DNA of 19,907 nt, taken from NCBI GenBank assembly GCA_044869275.1, contig JBIOXB010000022.1:1-19907 (forward strand), written 5' to 3'. Every line of letters begins with the position of its first letter. Positions within the stretch are counted from its first letter, which is position 1. This stretch comes from a bacterium. GTDB lineage: Bacteria > Zhuqueibacterota > Zhuqueibacteria > Zhuqueibacterales > Zhuqueibacteraceae. The notes below the pieces were generated by a model. It was not told the DNA's origin. It made no database searches and was given only the letters and a program-made list of their open reading frames with translations. A program made the position numbers and the translations under genes. This document shows, piece after piece, positions 8,522 through 17,068 of the stretch.

Positions 8522-10135
8522 TTACGATAATTTCACTTGCTCCAAAATCCGCTGCATATTCCTGCCGAGAATATTGCGCTTATCCTCCTCGGAAATATTC
8601 GCGTAAGCCACCCAGCCGAATTGCGGAAAAGGATCGCGCATGGGCGCATCTGATCCATAGAGCACGCGTGCGGAACCCAGCTCGCGCACCATGTATTCGA
8701 TCGTCCCATTTGTGACCGAAGTGAAAGTGATTTCCAAGAAACAATTGGGAAATTCTTTCGCCAGCGCCACGTGATGCCGCGCCACTGGCCAAGTCCAGCC
8801 GGAATGCGCCAACACGAAATTGACGTTGGGATATTTCCTGGCCAAGTCCGGCATTTCTTGCTTGAAGTTATCCGAAGGGTGCATGAGCGCGAACAAGTGA
8901 TGCGCGTTGCCATACTCCCACCACACCTCAAAGCGCGGATCATTGTACGGCACGCCCATGCGCGGAAAATACGGTTTCATTCCGCGAAAGCCGCATGTTT
9001 CGTAATAGTAACGCAGCTCGCCCTCCCAATCCTTGACGTAATTGGGATCCAGGGCAGCATAGCCGACAATCTCCACCGGAAATTCCATCATCGCTTGGCG
9101 CGTGTCTTCATTCCCCAAGGCGTAGTCGGTCCAGATCGCCGTCCAGGCACTGACGCAAGTTTTCTGGACGCCCAAGCGGCGATTGCGCTCGACCAGGGCT
9201 TTGCCATCGCATTCATTCATGAATACCATCGCCGCGCCGCGCGTGCCGCGCTGGCCCATGTGCGCGTGCGCATCAATGACAATTGAATCGGTAATGGGCT
9301 GCCCTTGCAATGCTTTGTAAATGACGCCATCTTGGGGTGCGTGCGCGGGATAATCGGGAGGAGGTTCGGGCAAACGCAGCAAGCGCTGCAAGTTTTCACC
9401 GGCAATGGCGCGACGCTGCTGGGCGCTGAGTTCGGAATAATCCACATAAGCGCGCGCCGCACCAATGCTTTTCTCTACAGCTTCCGTGCCAAACAGCAGC
9501 CGTTCGTGGCCGATGCGCCGGCACCAGAATTCCAACATGCGATTGCCTTGATAGTTGGAAAATTCAAAATGCAAATTTGGAAACCGATCGGCCAGTGGAA
9601 TGAGCATGCGCGTGGCCTCCCAGCGCACGCTGTGCAAGAGCAACGGTAGGCGCGGATAGTTTTCGCATATCCACGCGATTTCCTGCCATTCGATTTGCAC
9701 GGCCGGCCCATATTCCCCACGATCGACAATCAGCAGTGTACTTGATGCTTGCAGGGCGGCGAGCACGTCGCCCAGCGTGTGATGATCGACTGCATGCTTG
9801 TAGATGCGTGGGAAGAGTTTGAGCGCGCGCACACCCTGTCTTTCCATCTCCGGCAAAAGCTCGTGTGGAGGTGGAAATTCTCCCGAGTGATGCGGCATGG
9901 CTACCCAGCAGGGATAGAGGCGAGGGTGTTTGCGGCATTCCGCGAGCACGAGAGGATTTCCCACTTCGGGATGCACTTCTTTGGCTTGATGGGCATACAC
10001 CAGCGCCCCGTGCACACCACAGCGTTCCATTTCCTCGAGCAATTGCGCGGTGGTCCAAGGCGCCTCAGGATCTTTACCCGCGCGCCGGCCGATCGCGGCG
10101 AAGCTGTCGAAGTAGCGAAGGTTGTTGGTTGTCAT
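8522..10135 (-). CDS. Amidohydrolase-family protein with two tandem TIM-barrel domains
   Basis: C-terminal domain IDAHAH...GMK...LMH...LAHSG...YGSDAP...ILGRN; N-terminal domain YFDSFA...ALK...LFGTEA...IAGENL; Pro-rich linker PEPPPDYP. Confidence 0.88.
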   Translation of the reverse strand: MTTNNLRYFDSFAAIGRRAGKDPEAPWTTAQLLEEMERCGVHGALVYAHQAKEVHPEVGNPLVLAECRKHPRLYPCWVAMPHHSGEFPPPHELLPEMERQGVRALKLFPRIYKHAVDHHTLGDVLAALQASSTLLIVDRGEYGPAVQIEWQEIAWICENYPRLPLLLHSVRWEATRMLIPLADRFPNLHFEFSNYQGNRMLEFWCRRIGHERLLFGTEAVEKSIGAARAYVDYSELSAQQRRAIAGENLQRLLRLPEPPPDYPAHAPQDGVIYKALQGQPITDSIVIDAHAHMGQRGTRGAAMVFMNECDGKALVERNRRLGVQKTCVSAWTAIWTDYALGNEDTRQAMMEFPVEIVGYAALDPNYVKDWEGELRYYYETCGFRGMKPYFPRMGVPYNDPRFEVWWEYGNAHHLFALMHPSDNFKQEMPDLARKYPNVNFVLAHSGWTWPVARHHVALAKEFPNCFLEITFTSVTNGTIEYMVRELGSARVLYGSDAPMRDPFPQFGWVAYANISEEDKRNILGRNMQRILEQVKLS

Positions 10136-10199
10136 GATGAAGAAGCCATTGGAACGAACTCAAATCGAAAACAGAAGTGGCATCCCGCCGCTGAGGTAG

Positions 10200-10407
10200 C
10201 TTCCCAAGCATTGGGCACATTCCCAGTATCGAGCTTTGCTCGAGGTCCATGAGAAGATTCAGAATGTGTGAAAGCTTGGAAATTCCGCACCCTGAGCTTG
10301 TCGAAGGGAGCTTGTCGAAGGGTGCTAAGTTCAAAAATCCGGCTTCGACAAGCTCAGCCGGCGTTGAAACCAAGCGTTTCACGCAGTCTGATTCAGACGG
10401 AATGACA
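10200..10407. repeat. Partial REP-like host element interrupted by MITE copy 1
   Basis: CTTCCCAAGCATTGGGCACATTCCCA (10200-10225) matches the reverse complement of the 19717-19744 region; the element ends in GATTC..GGAATGACA like the host at 19550-19762. Confidence 0.7.
10261..10389. mobile_element. MITE-like non-autonomous element, copy 1 (129 bp)
   Basis: Imperfect TIRs AGAATGTGTGAAA / TTTCACGCAGTCT; GATTC on both flanks (10256-10260, 10390-10394); internal CTGAGCTTGTCGAAG / CTTCGACAAGCTCAG palindrome; near-identical to 19569-19684. Confidence 0.8.
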
Positions 10408-10451
10408 AACAATGGGCACGCCCATCCCATACTTACATAAAAAACAATAAA

Positions 10452-11654
10452 TCAGCAAATCACTCGCGCCGCTTCGTGTACTATTTCCAATGTCTGATCA
10501 ATATCCGCGGCCTGATGCGAATAATTGATAAACCATCTCTCGCTCGGAAAAACCCCTAGCGAAAAAAGCCGCGCAAACAAGTGATTCTGCCATTCGATGT
10601 TTTCCTGTTCGTTTGCCCCTTCGAATTGAATGAAAGGCGCAGGCGGCAGGCCGGCCGCATGTGCAAGCAACCCGGTGGCTTTGATGATCTCTTGAAACCC
10701 GTCGCGCAATCGTTTTCCCATTCTGTGAATATGATCGTGCACAGCATGCTCGCGCATGATTGCCATCGTGGCTTTGCATGCGGCTAGCGACAATGTCTCG
10801 CCGGCGTAAGTCGTGGTGATGATGGTCTTTTCGAGCGTTTGCATGAACTCACGCTTGCCGGCAAAAGCAGAAACAGGATAGCCGTTGGCCATGGCCTTCG
10901 CAAACGCCGCGAGATCCGGTGTGATGCCGTAGTACTCCCGTGCGCCGCCGCACGCCAGGCGAAAGCCGGTGAGCACTTCATCGAAGATGAGCACGGCGCC
11001 GTGTTGATTGCATTTTTCGCGCAAAAGCGCCAGAAAGCTTTCCCCCGTGTCTTCATTCCATTCGTAGGGCACGGTGATCGCGCCGGCAAGCTCGTGACCA
11101 TGTTCGTTGAAGACGCGCTCGACGGCGTCGAGATCACCATATTTGATCTCGTGCACATAATCACGCACCACCTGGGGCACACCGGGATTGGGCCAACTGA
11201 GAGCGGACCAATCGTGGTAGCCATGATAGCCGCAGGTGAGAATGTGCTCGCGGCCGGTATAAACGCGCGCCAGCCGCACGCAGCTCGTGCAGGCATCGGC
11301 GCCGGTTTTCATGAAGCGAATTTGTTCGGCCCACGGCACGTTCAGACAGAACGCCTCCGCGGCTTCAAGCTCCAGCGGGCTGGCCATGCTGAACAGCACA
11401 CCGTTTTCCATTTGCGCGCGCACCGCGGCTTCGATTTCCGGATAGCGATAACCCAAAATAATCGGGCCGAGGGCGCAACGAAAATCGATATACTCGCGCT
11501 CATCCAGATCCCAAATACGGCAGCCATGCGCACGTTTGATAAAGGGCGGCATGCCCGGGCCATATTCTTGCCGCCAACGTTTGGCATTGGTCTGCGTAGC
11601 CCACGGCATCAGCGCCGCAGCCCGTGTGTAATGGTCGGTATGTTTTGGAGTCAT
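10452..11654 (-). CDS. Class III PLP-dependent aminotransferase (glutamate-1-semialdehyde aminomutase-like)
   Basis: GCRIWDLDEREYIDF, GPIILGY, GYHG, LIFDEVLTGFR and AFAKAMANG (PLP Lys). Confidence 0.92.
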   Translation of the reverse strand: MTPKHTDHYTRAAALMPWATQTNAKRWRQEYGPGMPPFIKRAHGCRIWDLDEREYIDFRCALGPIILGYRYPEIEAAVRAQMENGVLFSMASPLELEAAEAFCLNVPWAEQIRFMKTGADACTSCVRLARVYTGREHILTCGYHGYHDWSALSWPNPGVPQVVRDYVHEIKYGDLDAVERVFNEHGHELAGAITVPYEWNEDTGESFLALLREKCNQHGAVLIFDEVLTGFRLACGGAREYYGITPDLAAFAKAMANGYPVSAFAGKREFMQTLEKTIITTTYAGETLSLAACKATMAIMREHAVHDHIHRMGKRLRDGFQEIIKATGLLAHAAGLPPAPFIQFEGANEQENIEWQNHLFARLFSLGVFPSERWFINYSHQAADIDQTLEIVHEAARVIC

Positions 11655-11718
11655 AAAAAAGTTGGTAGTAGTCCCTTTAGGGATTGAACGTTTATCAGGT
11701 TCTTTCGATTTCTGCGCC

Positions 11719-14412
11719 TTAAGGCGCGACTACGAATTCTAAGCGCAGCGAAATGATTTGAAATGGCGCAACCTCAAACTGCGCTTGCTTCACATTTTCG
11801 ATTTTCAATTCCTGCAAATTTTGTTCGTTGAGTTGCGTTAAACTAACAGATTGCAGCGCGCAAGCAGAAGACAATTCCCCCCGCACGCCAACGGCAGTGG
11901 GATTGTACGCCCGCAGAATGAATCCTCGTCCATCCTCAGCAGGCTTGCATGCTGAGACGACGAGCGATGACGGCGACAGTTCCATGCCAAATTGTGCAAG
12001 ATCGAGGGCGGGCGCGCCGCCGCGCCGCGATGCGCGCATGAGCAGATGAAAAGCCTCCAACTGCTCATTTACATAACCGTAAGAAAAAAAATCCTGCGCG
12101 GAGTGCGGAATCACGGCATAGCGAAAGGTACGCATGCCCGGACATTGCGCTTCCGGCGTGTAGGTGATCCAACCCGCCTCGCCGCCGGAGCGCGTGAGCA
12201 AATCCCCTCCGGAAAGCCGGCCGACGCAGCGCAGCAATGTGATTGCCAGTGCACCGGGTTCATCCAGTTTTAATTCATACTCTGGCAAACCGGCGGTGGC
12301 AACGGTGAGTCCGCGCTCGCCTTCCAAAATTGTAACTCCGCGTTGCATGGGATGGACGGAAGCCGGCACTTCGATTTTGAATTCCGCGGGATTGATGGGA
12401 TGATGCTCACGCCGCGTGATCCCAAATTGACCATCGGCATAGCTGACATTCGTGCGCAGTCCCGTAGGAAATAACACTCGCAGGCGATGATCTTGCGCAG
12501 TGTTCTCCACGGTCGTGTGAAATTCCACCCACGGCTGGTTATAATACACGCTCACGCGCGTGCGTATCGGCAACGCGAGGCGCTGCGACGAACGACGCTG
12601 ATAGGATTCTTCCACGCAGGTGGGCACAAGCAGTTTCAGATGAATTTCCAGAGCCGCGCGCAAAGGCCCTGCCTCCACCAAGGAAATCTTTGCCTGCACG
12701 TTTTGAGAAGTGATGATTTCGTCTCGTGGCGGATAGGAATAGTTGTATTCATCGCCGGCATCTCCGCCATCTTCGAAAACATGCAAACCTGCAAAATGCC
12801 GGCCGGTGCGCTTGTCGTGAATGTCAACACTGCCATTGGGTTGAGCCAAAACGCGAACGAGATCATTCTCCAAAAAATTCTCACCCGCGTGCAAGCTGCT
12901 GCGATAAACAGGCATCTTCTCCGTCGAGGCAACGCGGTACCGCGCAAAACCCAGGCCGGGTACTTTCTGGGCATCGATCAATAGATGAAAGCGCTCGACC
13001 AATCTTTTGGAAGGATAGGAACAATCACTGTAGCGCAAGCCGTGGCCTTCGGTCTCATGCTGCAAAATCTGGAATGGAATTTCTCTGCCGCTTTCGTCGA
13101 GCAAACGAAAGCCCGAGATCAACGGCAGCGGTTTTTCCGCCTGCACATGGGCATTCAATCCCACGACGATTTTTTGCCGAAAGAACTCGATCTGCGCCGC
13201 CACCGGCTGGCTGATGCGGCGCAACATGGGATTGAAAACGAGCACGCTTTCCGCGCCTTCCCAGGCATCAGGATGGAGGTGGCGCAAGGATTTTTCAATT
13301 ACAGACTCGCCGACTTGCTGCACGCGCTCGAAGCGCGTCATCATCTCCCGGTGCACGGCATCTATGCTGCAGCCGCAAATCGAATCATGAGGATGATTCT
13401 GCAGCAACAGCTTCCAGCCGTGTTCCATCATAGGACAAAGCTGCTGGCGGCCCGCCAACCGCGCCCACATCGCCAGCGGCTCGACGTAACGCGTGAGCAG
13501 TTTTTCAGCAGCGTTATTCGCTTGCTTGATATACATACGCGACGAATATACTCCCGACTGCACGGCAAATGCATAGCGAAAACCCCAATGCAATTCGCCC
13601 TCGATTCGCCGCAACGCAATTTGATGCTCGTACAAGTAGCTTTTGACGGCTGCGACATAAGCCGCAATGCTGCTGTGCATGAAGTTGCCGTCGCTGGTGG
13701 CAGACATCACACGCAAAGCCTGCGGCAGATATGGCTCGGGAAAATGATGATCGCCACCATTCATGCACAAACGATGCGGTGTGCTCGCGCGCGGATCAAG
13801 AATCGCCTTGAGCTCGCGGCCTTTGCGACGAAAAGCGTCTTCATTGTTTTCGCCAATATAGGCATCGCCATAGCCATTCGGCGGCAAATGAATCATCATC
13901 ACTTCGGAGCCATCCGGTGCGCACCAGCGATATTCGGATTTTTCCTGTCCCGGTTCGCCCCCAAAGCCGCGATAGACGATTGCGGTATCCATATCGAAAC
14001 CGCGCAAGATCGCCGGCATCATGGCGAGATGGCTGAAAGAATCCGGAATGTAACCGACCGGCATGACCGGGCCATATGCTTCCCCCACTTTTTTTCCCAT
14101 GAGCAAGTTGCGCACCGTGGATTCGCCCGAAACGAGAAACTCATCTGGCAAAATATACCACGGCCCGATGGAGATTTTTCCCGCGCGAATCAAACGCCGC
14201 AGCTCCTCGGCGCGCTCGGGCATAATCTCGGCGTAATCTTCGAGCACGATGGTTTGGCCATCGAGTGTGAAATGCTTATACTCCGGGTCGCGCGCGAAGA
14301 TCTCGAGCAGAGAATTGATCATATCCACGAGATCGAGGCGAAAGGTTTCGAAGGTTTTATACCATTCGCGATCCCAATGGGAGTGGGAGATGAAGTGATA
14401 GACAGGTTTCAC
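11719..14412 (-). CDS. GH38 alpha-mannosidase (MngB-like)
   Basis: HSHWDREW, LDGQ, GPWYILPDEFL, GYIPDSFSH (nucleophile Asp), NGGDH and HPHDSICGC; 897 aa with no signal peptide. Confidence 0.94.
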   Translation of the reverse strand: MKPVYHFISHSHWDREWYKTFETFRLDLVDMINSLLEIFARDPEYKHFTLDGQTIVLEDYAEIMPERAEELRRLIRAGKISIGPWYILPDEFLVSGESTVRNLLMGKKVGEAYGPVMPVGYIPDSFSHLAMMPAILRGFDMDTAIVYRGFGGEPGQEKSEYRWCAPDGSEVMMIHLPPNGYGDAYIGENNEDAFRRKGRELKAILDPRASTPHRLCMNGGDHHFPEPYLPQALRVMSATSDGNFMHSSIAAYVAAVKSYLYEHQIALRRIEGELHWGFRYAFAVQSGVYSSRMYIKQANNAAEKLLTRYVEPLAMWARLAGRQQLCPMMEHGWKLLLQNHPHDSICGCSIDAVHREMMTRFERVQQVGESVIEKSLRHLHPDAWEGAESVLVFNPMLRRISQPVAAQIEFFRQKIVVGLNAHVQAEKPLPLISGFRLLDESGREIPFQILQHETEGHGLRYSDCSYPSKRLVERFHLLIDAQKVPGLGFARYRVASTEKMPVYRSSLHAGENFLENDLVRVLAQPNGSVDIHDKRTGRHFAGLHVFEDGGDAGDEYNYSYPPRDEIITSQNVQAKISLVEAGPLRAALEIHLKLLVPTCVEESYQRRSSQRLALPIRTRVSVYYNQPWVEFHTTVENTAQDHRLRVLFPTGLRTNVSYADGQFGITRREHHPINPAEFKIEVPASVHPMQRGVTILEGERGLTVATAGLPEYELKLDEPGALAITLLRCVGRLSGGDLLTRSGGEAGWITYTPEAQCPGMRTFRYAVIPHSAQDFFSYGYVNEQLEAFHLLMRASRRGGAPALDLAQFGMELSPSSLVVSACKPAEDGRGFILRAYNPTAVGVRGELSSACALQSVSLTQLNEQNLQELKIENVKQAQFEVAPFQIISLRLEFVVAP

Positions 14413-14466
14413 GGCGCAATAAGCGATCGGCTAACTAAACGTAGAATGAAATTCCAAAAATTTCTT

Positions 14467-14495
14467 CACCGACGGATGAAATACGACGAACGGAT
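14467..14495. repeat. Solo arm of the ACGGAT palindromic repeat family
   Basis: CACCGACGGATGAAATACGACGAACGGAT matches the reverse complement of 75-103 at 22 of 29 positions. Confidence 0.6.
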
Positions 14496-14531
14496 TTCAT
14501 TTTGTCTCCGTGTTGAAAAGCTTTGGCGTCA

Positions 14532-15329
14532 TCATTCCACCCCAGCAAGAATTTTCCGCACTGCCTCCAAATTCCTCTTCGAATTCTCGAGCAACGGCAA
14601 ACAATGCGTCTCAATCGTAACATGCTCAATGACTTTGTCGCGCGCCAGCGCTTGCAATTGCCCGCGCCAATCCACCTTGCCTTCGCCCACCGGCACGCAT
14701 TCCACCAGAGAGCCCATGACCGTATCCTTGACGTGCACGTTGCCGATCCAATTTTTCAGCGCATTGTAGCCGTCGGGGAAGGGCGTTTCCTCCGTGCCCA
14801 CGGCATTGCCGGGGTCCCAATTCGCGCGCAGCGAGGGTAAATTTGCCTGTGCCAGAATGCGCGCAGTGTTCACACCGGTATCGCACCAAAAGCCCGGCTC
14901 GTTTTCGATGGCCAGAACCAACCCATGTTGTTTCGCTGACCGCGCGGCTTGACGGAAAATATCCACGGCCTTCTTTTCATCGTCAACGACATCACGGGAT
15001 GAGCGTTGAAAGCCGAAGACGATAACGGTCTTCGTATCAAAAAGCCGGGCGAGACGAAACGTCTCCGGCAAGGTATCGTGCAACTCGCGCATGAGCAAGG
15101 CGTCATCGTGCAGCGTGCCCTTGAACACGCCAGGTGAAAGCGCGGTGAGGCGCAGCCCATGCTTTTGTTGTAGGGCAAGCACCCGTTGAATATCCCCGGG
15201 ATCCACCGCCGGCACACGGCGCTCGCCGATCATGCGCAATTCAAAATCTTGAATGCCCCATAATACGCCAATGTTAATGGCCTCGTCGACATTGGCGGAG
15301 ATTTCGTCTGTCACAAAGCCGATGCGCAT
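14532..15329 (-). CDS. Sugar phosphate isomerase/epimerase (xylose isomerase-like TIM barrel)
   Basis: Metal-binding motifs LAIENE, WDPGN, VHVKD and TIETH; VPVGEGKVDW. Confidence 0.9.
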   Translation of the reverse strand: MRIGFVTDEISANVDEAINIGVLWGIQDFELRMIGERRVPAVDPGDIQRVLALQQKHGLRLTALSPGVFKGTLHDDALLMRELHDTLPETFRLARLFDTKTVIVFGFQRSSRDVVDDEKKAVDIFRQAARSAKQHGLVLAIENEPGFWCDTGVNTARILAQANLPSLRANWDPGNAVGTEETPFPDGYNALKNWIGNVHVKDTVMGSLVECVPVGEGKVDWRGQLQALARDKVIEHVTIETHCLPLLENSKRNLEAVRKILAGVE

Positions 15330-15370
15330 GATTTCCTTTGCAAAATTTGTATTGACGAATTTTTGAAGAA

Positions 15371-15471
15371 CGGGGAGCGGGGGGATGGGGAGACTTGGGG
15401 GACTTGGAGACGGGGAGAGTTAGTGTCATCTTCACCCGGTCACCCACTCACCAAGTCACCCCGTCACCCAC
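15371..15471. repeat. Inverted arrays of an 8-nt unit (GGGGAGAC-like / TCACCCNN)
   Basis: G-rich arm 15371-15418; C-rich arm TCACCCGG TCACCCAC TCACCAAG TCACCCCG TCACCCAC at 15432-15471. Confidence 0.8.
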
Positions 15472-16759
15472 GCGCCGCCGTTTGCACGCCTTCCAATACC
15501 CTGTCAACGTCCGTGAAGGAATTGTACAGATGCAGCGAGATGCGAATTGCATCCAAGCCGCCTTCATAAATGCCGCGCGTGCGCAGTTTGTATTTTTCCG
15601 ACAAAAATGTTTGCAGTTTGTTGCGATCCATATTCTTCAAAGTGAAAGTGATGATCGCGCTGTGCTCTTCGGGATGCTGCGGCGAGTTGACTTCAACGCC
15701 GAGCTTGTTCAGGGCCTCTTTCAGGGCGGAGGCCATGGCGAAGTCGCGACGCCAGATGTTTTCCGTGCCGATTTGCAATAAGAAGTCCATGGCAGCGCCG
15801 AGTCCAACGAACAGCGGCGTGCTTACGGTGCCGTATTCATATCTCTGCGCCGTGGGGTGAAATTGAAGCGCGCCGGTGACCATGTCGAACTCGCCGGTAT
15901 TGGAATAGCCGCCGAGATGCTTGGCCGCAATCAGATCGAGCGCATCTTCGCGCACGTACAGCAAGCCCGTGCCTTTGGGACCCAGCAGCCATTTGTGTCC
16001 GCTGGCGGCGTAGGCGTGGCAGCCGATCTCATGCATATTCATCGGCAGCATTCCCGCGGCCTGTGCGCCATCGACAAAGTACCAGAGCTTATTTGCTGCC
16101 GCCCATTCGCCGATTTGTTTGACCGGAAGAATTTGTCCGGTGGAGGTGGTGATATGAGGGATGCTGATGGCACGCGTGCGCTTGGTCAGCAATTTTTGCA
16201 TGCGTTCCAAATTTTCCTGCGCGGATTTCGTGGAAGGCTCAAACGTCTTCATCACAATGCCGTCGCGCTTTTGCCGGGCTAGCCAGCTGAGAGTATTGCC
16301 CACGTGCTCATGCGTGGTGGTGATGACTTCATCACCGCTTTTGAGTGGCAGGCCGTTGCAGACAATGGCAATGCCCTCAGTCGCATTCCGTGTGTAGGCG
16401 ATCTCTTCCGGTTTGCAGCCCAGAATTTGACCGGCTTTCACTTTGATGTCATGCCACAGCTCCTCGCTGTGCCCGGTCTCGCAGAGACGCTCGAGCTCGT
16501 CCATCTTGCTTTGCGCGGCCGCAATAACCGCAAAGGGGGAGGCGCCCAGCCCGCCGGTGTTGAGATAGATGCGGTCGCGCGTGAGGGGGAATTGCTCGCG
16601 CACCAGGGCCCAGTATCCTTCATCGTGCGGGTCGATTTCACGGTCGGGATCGCTCAGGGTCGGCACGTTGGAATGAGGTGATGATCTCGAGAAGGCAGAT
16701 AAGCCAACCACCCCAGCCAGATATTGACCTGTTGATTTGAGAAAATGGCGTCTATGCAT
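15464..16759 (-). CDS. Tat-exported class V PLP enzyme (isopenicillin N epimerase / cysteine desulfurase-like)
   Basis: Twin-arginine leader MHRRHFLK plus hydrophobic stretch; VREQFPL, IYLNTG, VDGAQ, SGHKWLLGPKGTG and RISLHLYN. Start moved to ATG 16759. Confidence 0.9.
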   Translation of the reverse strand: MHRRHFLKSTGQYLAGVVGLSAFSRSSPHSNVPTLSDPDREIDPHDEGYWALVREQFPLTRDRIYLNTGGLGASPFAVIAAAQSKMDELERLCETGHSEELWHDIKVKAGQILGCKPEEIAYTRNATEGIAIVCNGLPLKSGDEVITTTHEHVGNTLSWLARQKRDGIVMKTFEPSTKSAQENLERMQKLLTKRTRAISIPHITTSTGQILPVKQIGEWAAANKLWYFVDGAQAAGMLPMNMHEIGCHAYAASGHKWLLGPKGTGLLYVREDALDLIAAKHLGGYSNTGEFDMVTGALQFHPTAQRYEYGTVSTPLFVGLGAAMDFLLQIGTENIWRRDFAMASALKEALNKLGVEVNSPQHPEEHSAIITFTLKNMDRNKLQTFLSEKYKLRTRGIYEGGLDAIRISLHLYNSFTDVDRVLEGVQTAARG

Positions 16760-16985
16760 AAGAAAGCCTATAAGAATACTCCCAAAAATTCTTTGCGCAA
16801 AAGGCGAAAGTTCTTTTACTTTTACCAAAGGAAGGGTTTTGACTTTGGCAAAGGCTTTCTTATTTTCCCGCTGCCGGTATTTTCTCTGCTTCAAATCCCG
16901 GATAGCTTACAACCTGGAGTCTTGCATCTATGGCCCGCAAAAAGCCTTTCCCTTACAAAAAAATCCCAAGAAACAAAAACTGAGT

Positions 16986-17013
16986 TTGCAAAATTTAAAA
17001 TTTGTGCTATATT
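16986..17013 (+). promoter_or_regulatory. Putative promoter of the toxin-antitoxin pair
   Basis: TTGCAA (16986-16991), 16-nt spacer, extended -10 TGcTATATT (17005-17013). Confidence 0.55.
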
Positions 17014-17068
17014 TAATGATAGAAAAGCGAAGTTTTCGTTCCAGAGTTAATTTTAGACGAGATAAATC

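Noticed and set aside
10074..10440. ORFs 10074-10430 (-) and 10249-10440 (+)
   Set aside because: They are translations of the MITE/REP repeat sequence.
10452..11654. hemL assignment
   Set aside because: GSA-like family only; there are no tetrapyrrole genes nearby, so no symbol is given.
10839..11687. 282-aa plus-strand ORF, and similar ORFs at 1390-2160 and 7080-7700
   Set aside because: Antisense shadows of well-supported minus-strand genes.
12985..14769. 594-aa plus-strand ORF
   Set aside because: Antisense shadow of the GH38 and isomerase genes, with no recognisable motifs.
3401..15471. CRISPR array interpretation of the short repeats
   Set aside because: Units are 7-9 nt, tandem and inverted, with no unique spacers between direct repeats and no cas genes.
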